Below the pieces are notes generated by a model. The model ran no database searches. It was not told where the DNA came from and was given only the letters and a program-made list of their open reading frames with translations. DNA of 64,000 nucleotides from the human T2T-CHM13v2.0 reference genome, Homo sapiens. The translations under genes were made by a program, and so were the position numbers. This document shows, one piece after another, positions 30,351 through 44,432 of the stretch (position 1 is its first letter; the number at the start of each line of letters is the position of its first letter). The stretch is from assembly GCF_009914755.1 (NCBI RefSeq), contig NC_060935.1; one strand, written 5' to 3'.

Positions 30351-33300
30351 CCCTAGTTCTTGCCATGCCAGTTTCCTTGGAGGGCTAAATCCCCCAAACC
30401 CCTGCTTCAGTTCACCATGCTAAGTGTCCGTGATTTCAGCATCCAGCTAAAGAAATGGACTGAAAGACCTTACCATTCATCGTGAATAATTTAAAATAAT
30501 ACTCATTTCTAACAAAGTAACTCACTCTGGGCCTAGGCTGTGTCTGTCATCACTAAGTCCAGAGGGTCTTGATTCCATTTCCTTGGTGAATAAACCTCCA
30601 GATGCTTAGCTTTGTGGAGGAAAGCAGAGGAGTTCAAACAGTCTGTGTTTCAATCAGTCTTCCTTCATGCAGTCCATCCTCACCCCTGCCTCCAGTTCCT
30701 GGGTTGGGCAAAGCCAAATGATTGCCTTGTTGTTGGCACCCTCCTCTGCGAACACGTATATCTCAGCTTTATTCGCTCTGCTAAGTTGGAACCACCCACC
30801 CATTAACTTTTTCTCTTCTAAAATATTCATGGGCATCTCATATCTGCTGCAACCTCTTACTCCCTTTTCTCTGTCCTTGTATATTTGTACCTGGTTTTAT
30901 TTACTCTCAAGGCTTCTGGCATTCTGGAAGCAGGACAGGGCAAGTGGCTGGAGGCTGATCCTGTTTTCCGTATGTGAAATTTCACTCAGTCCCTGCTTTC
31001 TGGCCTGCCTCTCCTTCTAGCCATACACAATGCCTGCTATTGCTGAGTTCAAGCTTTGTTTTGCTTATTGCCTATGTTCAAACAATCTTCTTGTTTTCAG
31101 CCCTATCCCTCATTCCCACCCTCCACAGTACCTGACACCTCCAAGTCCTGAGCCTTACAAAGTTTCCATGGGGATGGACTAGCTTGTTGCTGGTCAGTTT
31201 CCTCTTTTGCAGACTCCTCATGTCATGATCTCTTCTACCCTGCTAAGTCATTTATCACTCTCCTGCATCCACTGGTATTCTCATTTTCTTCCTGGGTCTA
31301 CACCTTTTAATTTTCTTTAGTTTTAGTGAAGTCTTGAAATGGTTATAAACTTATGTGGTCAGTACACCATGTTTAAGAAAAATTGCCAATATTTATTTAT
31401 ACAGTCACCAATGAGCAAAGAAGGTTTTGCTTGGATAAAAATCAGGGTTGACAGAAATCATACATAGCATTTGCTGTATTATATCACCCTCAGTCTGTAG
31501 TTTACTTCTTTATTTTTATAGGGTTGCAGAGTATTAAGAAATTTCTAATTCATACAGAAAATTTGTTGCAAACAATAATGTTTTTAACAGATTGCCTGGC
31601 AGTCTTGTAATACTCTACAATATAATTGATCCAAATCTTGAAAGAAGGATGTAAGAAATACCTTTTATTCAAATTTGGCTTACTAACAATTATCTAACAT
31701 TGTTCACATTTTGTCATTGGTAAGTATTCAGTTTGGAGTGAGTCGATGGGACAATTTTTAAAGCAGTACATAATTGGAATCATTATGAGATCCCTAACAA
31801 TGTATATTTAAATCTCAGAATGACTTCTATTCAAGACAGTAAATGGAGCACACACTCCCTTCCCATCTTTCTGAAGACCCACTGAAATGATAATCAGCAA
31901 AAAATGGGAGAAATTCCTATAGGAGCTGAGAATGGATGGGGGACATCAGCATATGAAAGTCATTAGTAAATTTCTATAAGATAGAGACTAGATGATGGGA
32001 TACTAGTGGATGAGGAAGAATGGAGGCAGTGCCAGCTCTAAGCATGAACTGAAGAGACTGAGACAGAGGGATGATTAAACTTAATAGTGATGCCCAACAA
32101 AGTCATGAGTTGATAATGAATCATAACTGAGTTTTATTGAGCACTTATGAAATGCTAAACAATGCTCTGAACACCTTACTAGATTTTGTCCCATTTAATG
32201 CTCAAAGCAATCTTATAAAACTATCTTGAATTCATGGCTGAACAAACTGAGGCACAGATAAGTTGGGTAGTATATCTAAGGTTTCACAGCTAGTAAGGCA
32301 AGAAGCTACGTGTGGAATTCAAGCAATTTAAATCTAGAATCTCATAATTGCTTTGCCATACTGAGGCTGTTTTCAAATGGTTCTATTTATTTTGTTTTGC
32401 ATGTAGATTTTAAACTTTAAGGTTCACTTTTATCCTTGACATTTATCTGCATTTATAAACTGGAAAATACTAAAGGATTGAATTGTAAAATTCAGCTTGT
32501 TCAGCTTATTAAAAGTCAGACGGCATCACAAATTCACAAATGCTAAAACTATCTGTAATATAATTGGATCACAACATGTTACCCATTCACATATTTCTTA
32601 ACATTGGCTATTTCTCCACAAACATGCCATGCACCCAGTGGAAGCATCTGAATGTTACCTAACATTTAATTGAACCCAGCATTTGTGAGTTGTTATAATG
32701 TACTTGCTAATACAACTTTATGAGATAACACATGCACCAATCTGAATTCAAAAAAAAAAAAAAAACACTGGGGTAGAGCTACAAACCTCCTATATAACAC
32801 ATTTGCTTTTTTTAAAAGTACAAATACAAAATCTGTAAGAAAAAAAAAATTCCAAAATTTACTCAAAAGCAAATTAAACAAGGTATCACAAGTTAGCCCA
32901 TAACCTGTGGTCCTTACAGTAGACATCTCAGGGATTCCCCAGTGCTCGTTCCCACGCATCTCTTCTCCCATGAACATAGATAGGATCCTGGAATTCATGT
33001 TTTACTGCATATCAGTGCCCGTGGCCAAGTTAATTGATTGTGCAGGTGATACTTGGCTCGTTAGCCAATTTGATTTCCTCTCTTGAGCGTTTGGTATAGG
33101 GACTCAAAATTGAGTCAGTCTCTGCAGATATATGGACTCTGCAGATATATGGACTCAAGGTGTGTGGTATGGTGACATTTTTGGCCACAAGGCCTGAGGA
33201 GCATAGAAAGCAAGTCTTCAGATGAAAGAATGAAGAAATACACAAAAGTGAGCAATAGATTCCTATTGTCCTTTGATACCTGGTTTCAATCGCTTCCTGA

Positions 33301-33391
33301 GATCTGGCTGCATTTTAGCCCTTGGTCTGTGATAAAGTCCGGAGTCCTTCAGATAAAAATCTCCATTTTTGTTTTAGCTCTTTATGGTTGA

Positions 33392-33837
<446 letters not shown>

Positions 33838-36309
33838 TGTTTCTTACTTCTCATTCAAAAATGTTTAAATGAATTTTTATTATACTTGCAGACCCTTACA
33901 GCTCCTGTGGAGCACAGTATGAAAACCTCTAGTCTGAAGCTTCTGAAGAATCTATAACAGGAATGAAGAGTTTGACCAGCTTGAATTTCAAACATCTCCC
34001 CATTGGCAAGACATGAAAACCAAGCTTTCACTTGATCAGACGAGCAAGACATCTAGTCTTTCTGGAGATGTTCTCTTATATCTTGTTGCTTTGGGCTGAG
34101 TGGAATACATACAGGAGCCTTGAGACCCAAAGACTCTCCCTGCTGCTCTGGAGGTTGTAACCTCTGAACTTACTGTTGCCACTGCTCAGGCCTCTCCCAT
34201 GAGAGAGTGGTTATTTGTTTTCCTTGGTTTCTCCTTACCCATTGTCTTTGTTACTGGTACAGATCTACTCCTTGGTCTTCTCCAGGCCTACCCACTCTTC
34301 AGAGCCCATTCCTACTTACTCAGAGCTCTAGAGAGGAGACAAAGCCCTTCCCTCTCCTCGACCTTGGTCCACCACATATGTGCAGGTGGTTAACAGTGGG
34401 AATCTTCCTTTCCTTCTAGTAAATCCTTTCCCCTCTACAGGGTATCATAGGGTCCCAAGGCCTCAAAAAAATAATCACAAAACAATTTGAGCATAGTAGA
34501 TTTCTCCAGATCTGGATTTTTCAATCATATTCATGATCATCTTGTCACCTTTATCAGGTTGGGTCTACTGGCTGGTTGGTTGGGGCATTAAAAATACAAA
34601 AAACCACTTTCATTGGTCTCTCATAGCCAGGAAATTCAAGCTGCTTATTAGCATAGCAAAAATTCTTTTAAAGCACTTGTAAGGAAGCAAAAATAACAAA
34701 ACAAAACAAGAAGTACTAGGAAGAAAGAACAAGAAAAGGAAGAAAAATGAAAGAGCAAAAAGGAACATTCAGAGAGTAGCAAATGCTGGAGACCCAAAAG
34801 CAGAGTGGGTGGTAGAGATCCGAGGTGGAGCTGGCTTTGACACAGATTCTGGGGTGGAAACAGCAGGAGGATAGAAGTGACCGGGCAAAGAAGAGAATCT
34901 GCTATGTGAAGAGCACCAACAGGATTCTATGACATGAAGGAAGCCCGTTAGATATCTCTGTTCCTTACAGAGAACCTGTGATCTAGAGGGACGGTCACTG
35001 AAAGGTCGTGCAACTTGTTAACTTCTGCAGCTCCAACGAGCACACGGCAGAATTCAAACCGGGGCCATGATTAAGGTACCCTAGGGGCTCCGGTCAGTTC
35101 AGCTGCCAAGGAAGTATTTGCTGCATGGTCTGTAATAATAACAATATTTGAGGGCAATTTGTCATAATGTTACTGGATCCTCACAGTTCTGAGGGTTGAT
35201 ATTTACAGCAGAGTTAGTATGACCCATTAAAAGAGGAAACAAAATGAAAAGGTATTTTCAAGGTCTTCTGACTCCACATCTCATATTTATTTTTCTCCAA
35301 CACAACAGACTTTGATTCAGTGATTAATTTAGTGGAAGCTCAGCTCTGAAATCATGCAACTGCATAGGTATCCTTTCTCTTTATTTGAAAGAGGCAAATA
35401 ATTTAAAAGTAAGTAGATATCAAGGAACTTTTGATATCTGGAGCAAGTTCCAGTGTCCTTTCCTATTTAGTCCTACATTTGTTTGTTTGTTTGTTTTCCC
35501 CCAGCATTCAGAGCTGTTTATTTCCATCTTCATACTACACCAAAGAATTTCAAACAGTGTTAGGTAGACTAGCTGGAAGTTGGAGCTTAGAACATCCTAC
35601 ATCCCTGAAAAGTTCAGTGATGCAGTCCCAGGTACACAGCTGCCCATCTGCCACCCAAGAATTGTTGTGAAGAAACCAGAGTCTCTGCAGATGATGGGAC
35701 AGAAGCCTGTGGTGCAGCAGTGGTCACCTAGCAGGTCCTTGGCTGGGACACCTTCTATTATAAAGTATATCAGTTTAAGCTTGACAGAATGAAACATGAT
35801 ATATTTTACAAGTAATGAATATAGGCCAATAGAAAACTCATAGATACAAATATAACTAATTCTACAACTTCCATAATGGCCCGTCCTAATTCTTTAATTT
35901 GTCATCTATTATAATTCATAGACTTTGTCACATAATTTTAGAGTGGGTCTTAAGATAAAATCATGTTTGTTAAATATGTGAGGTTGATGATAAGCTCACC
36001 AAGGAGTTCTTTACTCAGTATGGGAATTCAGAGAGCACAAAGTTACAGAGGGAGAAGCAGGATTATGAGGGACAGAAGTCATAGGGGTGATTCCCATTTT
36101 TATTGACTGACACACATATTCTTACTTTAGGAAAAACTGCATCTAATTTTAGACTGCAGTTCATGGCAGATGCTGCGAACCAGCAGCAAGTTCATGTCCA
36201 GAATTGCTCACTGCAGAGGATTTTGTCTGCTGGCTGGTACCATAGTTTCTCTTTCATAGGCTATTCCAAAACTTCTATAATGCTGGTAGATTTCAGTGAA
36301 GTGTCACCC

Positions 36310-37165
36310 CAGCCCACCCACCCCTTGCACTTAGCCAGCAGTGGCACCCACCTTGAGCATGGTGAGGTATGTTATGCCAGCAGGGTCCACATTGCTGCTG
36401 TTCACCTCCAAGTGCTAAGCTGCTGTACACCTTGCAGTGGGACTCCACTTCACTGCCCAGCACCACTGTCTGATTGGGCAGCAGCCATGCATGCGGAATT
36501 AGTCAGTGAGGAGAGCACTCTGTGGGGGCAGATGGGGACTGGAAGGCTGCCCGTCTGCCTGCCCCTCTCTGTAGCCCTCATCCAGCATGTCCAGTGTGTA
36601 TATCTGCAGGATGCTGCCAAACTTATTCTCCACCATACTCTCCATGACCAGGCTCCATTGCTGGTGCTGCAACTGGATACACTGATATGAGGCTCTCCAT
36701 GGAACTCCTTGTGGGTCCTCAGCCAGGAAATGGAGAGAGTAGAATTGCTGGTGGTGGGACATCAGAAGCAAACAGGTTGGGTGGCCAGCATGGCCAGCAG
36801 CTTCTTGTCCATCCACTGAGCCCAAGTCCAATAGAGGGCCTCTGGCACGTGAAGGCCATATAGAGGTGAGGAACAGAAGCCTATCTGATCTGACTCTCCT
36901 TCCAAGGCTCCCCCTGTCCACTTCCCACCTCAGTTTATCCTCCTGTGTAGGGAGAGTGTTGCCTTTCAAGTACATCTGCCTGGGGTGGAAAAGGCTCCAA
37001 GGAACCTCAACACCATGTTCCCGACACCCTTGGCATTCTCAAACATGGGCCATGTGTTCCCTTCCCTCTGAGCTTCCTCCAAGTGGCTTCTCCTGCTAAG
37101 AGGTCCAGGGTGCCCCACTGGGGGGGGCCTTCAGGACATACCAGCATCTCCCAGGGGAGCCCCCA
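36310..37165 (-). pseudogene. FGFR3 pseudogene fragment (exons 5-7, Ig-II/Ig-IIIa), partly spliced; possibly the annotated FGFR3P2
   Basis: 36841-36673 reads ALYWTWAQWMDKKLLAMLATQPVCF*CPTTSNSTLSISWLRTHKEFHGEPHI, versus FGFR3 [52 protein letters not shown]. 36672-36582 reads LQHQQWSLVMESMVENKFGSILQIYTLDML. 36519-36352 reads ECSPH*LIPHAWLLPNQTVVLGSEVESHCKVY..HLEVNSSNVDPAGITYLTMLK. Stops, frameshifts and CpG decay are present. Outer limits are approximate. Confidence 0.93.
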
Positions 37166-37615
37166 TACATTTGCTTTTATAGAAAGTAATAATGGCCCAT
37201 TTACTGAACACTTGCCATGTGCTAAGCCATGAGATCAGCATTTTGCATGCCTTATTTAAACTTGACATCCGTCATGTGATATACCTCCATTTTAGCAATG
37301 AGGAAACTGAAGCTCAGAGGGCTTGAGTAACTTACCCAGTGTTATACAGCCAGACAGTGGCCAAGTCTGAGTTTGAACCAGGATCTAACTTGAAGTATCA
37401 GTTCTTAGCTATCACACTTTGTGGCCTCTGTATGCAACACTATCCTAAGTCTCATGTTAGGTATTTGTCCTTGAGTTAAGGAAAAGTTAAATTCTTTTCT
37501 GCAACCACCACTTAAAAATGCCAGAAAGTGTTTTCTGAGTTTGGTTTTTTGTTTGTTTGTTTGTTTTGGCGGTTGTGGGGCGAGTTTTTCTTTTTTTCGT
37601 CAAAAACTGGTTTAA

Positions 37616-37947
<332 letters not shown>

Positions 37948-38152
37948 TAGTGATCAGAAGAAATGATCTTCCTGAAATTACTCTTTTCTCTGCAATTCAG
38001 GATGCATCAGTTGTTATTATACTTTTATTTTGTATATCCATGCTAAAGTTTATTATTATTGTATACTTATTTTTATTTACATAAGGTGAAGGTTTTTTTC
38101 TAAAACTAAAAAGCTCTTGAGCAGTACTTTTGAAAAATGCACACCCATCTAA

Positions 38153-38502
<350 letters not shown>

Positions 38503-39879
38503 TCTTGCTAGATTCTTACAGCACCATCTTCAGTCTTTGTTTTTGTCTTCCGTTTCTCTCCAGACACTCTACATTACTTGCCGCTTCTCCCTTCCTGTCG
38601 TTATTTTTCAATCATGTTTCCTCTTCCTGATTTTTGCTGGTTTGATCAAACAGTTTCCAGTCTAGTTTTCCACTGATATTTTGAATATTCTAGCCCCTTT
38701 TTATTCCATTAATGATTGCCTGTCCTTTCCTGCCCTCATGATCACATTCATGTTTTCTTATTTCGTTTGAAGAAATCATACCATCTATTTCTCCCACCTC
38801 AGGGGTTCTAGTCTTCTATTTTCCCCTCATCCCAGTCAGTTTAAACCTTTAAAATATGGTTTTGTGGGGGACTGCTTTCCCCCCACCACAAAACTTCATG
38901 GACGGAATAATCTAGTCCACTCTCTTACCTCTAACAGATTTGGCTGAGATCGTTAAAAACTATTGATATGTCCCTCCTTTTTGAAGACTCCATATTTAAC
39001 ACTTCCTGATCTTAAACAATCCTAGGCTGATACTCACTGTTTAGATTTAAAGATAAATATATCTTACAAGCTTTGTTGTTCACCACTTTTCCTGTCCACT
39101 ACATCTCTACAATGAAGTTTTCTTTTCTAGTTCCCTTGCTTGGTGTCCTTTCTAGATTACTTTCTTCATATAGACAACTTGGGTGATATATTCTCTGATT
39201 ATACCCATATCAAAAATTCACGTTCTTTTATCTTGTCAGGAGAATGATACTTCGCTGGTATAGAATTCTGAGGTGGCAGGTCTTTTTCTCTAAGTAGTTT
39301 GTGGGATGTTAGTTCACTGCCACTTCTGGTGTTACAGATGAGAAGTCTGATTCCTTTTCCTTTACAGGAAACCGATTTTTTCTGCCTGGAAGCTTATCAG
39401 ATTTTTATCATAAGCTTTAGAGTTAAAAAAAAAATCGATTCTATTAGAAACATTGAGTCCATCTAATATGCAGACAAGCCTTTCATCAGCTTTGGGATGT
39501 TTTCTACTATAATTAATGCCTCCAATCCTTCTACTCCTTTTTAATGTTTTCTTTTAGAACTCCTTTTAAGATTATTATTACTTTGCATGTCTGGACTCCT
39601 GGATCTATCTGACAAATATATATGTATGTATATTTTCTCATCACATCTACTTTGCATTTGTGTTATATTTCTTGTTATTATTTTTCCAGGCCACTATTCC
39701 AATTTCAGCAATGACTATTCTCTCCATTTACTGAAATGTTCGGTGGAGAAGTCCTCCTTTTTAGGTATAGAAAGTCTCTTTTTCCCCATATGTGTGTAGT
39801 TCTTTGAGTAGTTTTTATTTTTTCCCTTTCAAATGCTCATTTCTGTTCATCAGCATTTTTAGATGATTGTGCTTGTGTT

Positions 39880-40118
39880 ACTTGTTTGAGGCCAAGAGTT
39901 TGAGACCAGCTTGAGCAACAAAGCAAGACCCCGTCTCTACAGGATTTTTTTTTTTAATTAGCCAAGCATGGTGGTGTGCACCTATAGTTCTAGCTACTCA
40001 GGAGCTGAGGCAGGAGGATCATTTTAGCCTAGGAGTTTGTGGCTGCAGTGAGCCGTGATTATACCACTGCACTCCAGCCTGGGTGACAGACAGGCATCCC
40101 TGTCAAAAAAAAAAAAAA
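39880..40118 (+). mobile_element. 5'-truncated AluJ
   Basis: 'gagtttgagaccagcttgagcaac' ... 'ctgcagtgagccgtgatt' plus A tail. Confidence 0.85.
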
Positions 40119-42534
40119 GATTCTTATCCCCGAGATGTGGGGTGTGGAAGGAGAAATGGAAGGAGAAATTAGAGATGAAAAGATATTTAAATGACATGAA
40201 AAATGTCTGGTGGATCTTATATAGATCTTAATTTAACAAACTAAAACATGGTCTCTTAAGAAAGTTTGAACACTGATAATTGATATTAAGAAATTATATG
40301 AGATAATGAAATTAAGATTATATTTTTAGAAATAATATTTTTGTTTAGAAACATATATTAAATACTTATGAATAAAATGATATGATGATTAGGATTTCCT
40401 TGGAGATAATTGTGGGAAGTTGGGTGTGGATACAGATGAAATCAAATTGACCTTCAACTTGGGTAGGACAGCTGGTCTTCTTTCCCTCTCCATGTAGCCT
40501 CAGAATTTTCCACTCCATGTGGTCTTTCCATGTGGTCTTTTTAGCAGCACAGCTGTGCTTTATATATGAAGTTCTCCCAAGAGCACAAAACTGGAAACTG
40601 CCAGACCCTTTCAAGGCTTAGGCACAGAACGGACACAGTGTCACTTCCTTTGCATTATACTGGTTAAAGGGAGACACAGGGCCATCCTAGATCAATGCAG
40701 CAGGGAACTACACATGGTGTGAATACTGGAAGGCATGACTCGTGGGGCAAATTTGTGGGGACTGGTAATTCATACCATATCTGAGTTTTAAAGCTAAGAT
40801 GTCTTCTTTTCCATAACTGAGGACTGCTGTATGCCAGCCATTTGCAGTAGGTGGGGAGAGAGGCCCTGGTCATTCTCTTCCCCTACTTGGCATTTGTCCT
40901 CTTCCTCCAGCTTGTATTTCTGGCCCAGCTAGTGCCAAAGCAGGGGGAAGCTGGAGCAGTAAAGAAGTGGGAATTTTTACTGAAATGGTGTTATTATAAT
41001 ATAGCTTCACTCTCTGAATTTGGCAAATGTTTGGAGCTGATTCCTTCTCTTGTGATGGGATGGGTAGCTGGATTGGTGCTTTTATGTGTTCTTTTGAGAT
41101 CTCCCTCCAAGTCACTGAGAACTTTTTATTGTACTTTCCATAGCATGGACATTTTCCTATGGCTCACCGCTCCCCTAAAAGCTCAGGTTTTATCTCAACT
41201 ATTCAATTAAAGACTTTCTGCTGGAACTCCCTCACTTCTCACTTCCCACCCACCCAAAGCCATCATCTTGAGCAAAATTTAGAATAACTCCAAGCCAGAT
41301 ACATCATATTCCCAATTGGACACAATATTCATATATCCTTGACTCAATAATCTCTGAGGATGGACGACGATCTCAATGCGATGGCATTTTCTTTGTTGGT
41401 ACCATCAGAAAAGCTGGCCAGCTATGCCAGATTTTAGATTTTTCAGGGGCAGTTGGACACCAGACCATGTTGTCCCCGACCAGAGACATGGAATTTAACA
41501 AGTTCTTCAGGTGAATTCATTGAAAATCTTTACTTCTGGTGGGGAAAACACCCCAAACCTACCTCCTTGGATAGACAGGAAGGGCTTACATCTCATCTCT
41601 CTCCAAATCTTTTCCTGGGTACCACTCTCAACCTCTTTAGCCCCTCAGTTCTGGTGAGGGAATAAGAATTGTGTCCTGAGTTTTCAGCTACCTCCGTTTT
41701 GCAAGTTTCTGAGTGTGGCTCACCTCACCTTGGTATCTATTGGTACCTTGCTGTCTCAATCATGAATTTTAATCTCATATCCTATGATAAGTGATCTGTA
41801 TGCCCAAGCTGAATTCACAGCCCTATTTCCAAATAAAATGTTTGTTTTTCACTCCTTTTCAAATGCTCCTAAAGCTTTTCTTACTCTAGTACTTTGAGAT
41901 AAGTATATGGAAAGCCTAGCTATTGAGGTAACAGAAAACGTGCATTTTGTTTTAAAAATAAGTCATATTACAAAATCCTCCTACTTCTTTACTCAAAGGA
42001 AAAATTAAATACGGACAAATGCCCTTTTATCCCTCCACTCTATAAAACTACTCACATACTTATAGTCTAGGAAACAGGCCACTTCATTGACATAGATGAT
42101 CAGAAATTGTGGGCCCATCTTGGTAACCATAGGAGCAGGCAGCTGATGACATCAGAGGCCTGCATTGCGGCTTCTGATTGCTCAGAGTTGCTATGCTGAA
42201 GGAAATCAGAAGGTGATGTAAGGAAAACACCATATTAAATACATTTCATTCCATTTGAGAGGCACTTGGAAATGATTTCTAAAATTCTCTAAATTCCTGC
42301 AGCCATTTTTAAACCTTCCATTTGAATAAAATGTATATTGCAAAAAGAACTTAAGACAATTTGAAAATAAGAATGCAGACTTCATTTAGCATATATATAC
42401 ACACAAACACATATTATATATATATTTACTGGTTATGAGTTTTGACTGTTAGTTTGACTATAAAAGCACCTAGCTACAGAATGGTTATGCCATGACCCCA
42501 GACTAAGTCACACTTGTATTAAAAGTCATTTTAA

Positions 42535-42886
<352 letters not shown>

Positions 42887-43871
42887 CTGGTGTTTGGTTT
42901 TTGTATGAACTCCACTTTTCCCAGTGCCCCACCTTCCTTTCAGCTACTTTCCAGGTTTCTCAGGTTACCTTCTCACTGCTGTTCCACCTCATCGTTTTCA
43001 GTTTCAGTCATCACTTTTCAGGTATTTTCTAAACTGTACAGTTTTTCTAGCTGCATTGATAAAAGAGGGGGTCACAACAGAAGGTGAATGGTCCAGCCCT
43101 TATGAACCCTTGATGTCCCAGTAGACATTGTTCCATGAATAATAGGGGAGGCCTAATAATCCTCTTGAAGAAAAATTCATGTCACATAGAATGTGCAAAA
43201 ATGAGCAACATCTACAAAGAACGATCATTTAGGAGGCATTTAATACATGCGATGGCTTGATTCAAAGCCTATTTCTAGCCCAGGGGGTAATCCAAGCCTC
43301 AGCCTTGGTTTCATGGCTGCACAGGTTGTGTACTGTAGAATTCCAGGCTTCCAGGGGTGCATTGACAATGAAAAGCTCAATAATGCAGTGCCCATGTCAT
43401 GTCTTTCTAGGAGACAATGGCTTAGTTGGAGATAGTAGGCTTCTGATTTAGAATTGATGATTTCCTAACCTATTATGTTACCCCTGGGTATACTGGGTGC
43501 AGGAACTTCCTCACAGATAGATGAAGGAGGGACCAAATAAATGTTGCACCTAGTGCATCAGTAGGACTGGATTTAGAGGGAAAGAAATGTGCACAAAAAA
43601 ATCCAGTATGGAAATCTTTAAAGCAACTCCTTAAAATAGTATTTGCAAATTCAAAAACAATCCATTCAAAGACAAAATTATATTTTAAAACTCACTTTTA
43701 TCGAATGGAAAAAAAAATGTACACTGGAATTGTGAAAAATAAATTGCATCTGAAAATGGGTTACCGTACATAATGAAACATTGTTACAAAGAGTATGAGG
43801 ATGCTTGCTCTGATTACAGTGACTCCTGTAACAACGTGGCAAGTGAAAATACTGTATTATTTAGTAGTGAA

Positions 43872-43889
43872 GCCCTCCCCCTAGTGGAA
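43872..43889 (-). promoter_or_regulatory. Candidate CTCF site
   Basis: Minus strand TTCCACTAGGGGGAGGGC is close to the CCASYAGRKGGC core. Motif match only. Confidence 0.4.
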
Positions 43890-44077
43890 ATAGGTAGGAA
43901 TTTTAAGAAAAAGGGTTAACACTTTTAAATACATTTTATTTCCTCTTAATATTTACAGAATTAAAGAAAAGAGGTGGAGAATAGCTGTAGTGTGGTATAA
44001 AGACTTTTCTTACAGGGCTTTTAGGCCATTATAAGAGCTGAGATGTAAAACTATTTTAGAGTTTTGAGTAGAGCAGC

Positions 44078-44432
44078 TGGTATGGTCTGAATGTTTGCAT
44101 TCCCTCCCAAATTTATATGTTTTATTTTAATCACCAAGGTGATGGTATTAGAAAGTGAGGCCTTTTGGAGATGATTATGTCATGAGAAATCTGATCCAAT
44201 GAATGGGATTAGTGCCCTTAAAAAAGAGGCCCCAGAGAGCTGCCTTGCCCTTTCCACCGTGTAAAGACACAGCAAGAAGGTTGTTTATGAGCATGGGTCC
44301 TTATCACACACAGAATCTACCAATTCCTTGATCTTGGACTTCCCAGCCTCTGCAACCATGAGATATAAATTTCTAATGTTCATAAGCTACCGAATCTAAG
44401 GTGTTATGTTATAGCAGTGCCAATGAACTAAG
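44078..44432 (+). mobile_element. MLT1A-type LTR
   Basis: 'tatggtctgaatgtttg', 'aatgggattagtgcccttaaaaaagaggcccc', 'atagcag..gaactaag'. Confidence 0.85.

Noticed and set aside
36499-36975. 158-aa minus-strand ORF as a protein-coding gene
   Set aside because: It crosses the FGFR3 pseudogene mostly out of frame and through intron remnants; only ~30 residues are FGFR3-like.
36017-37168. GTATGGG/CCCATAC as terminal inverted repeats around the FGFR3 fragment
   Set aside because: Only 7 bp and no TSD; compatible with chance.
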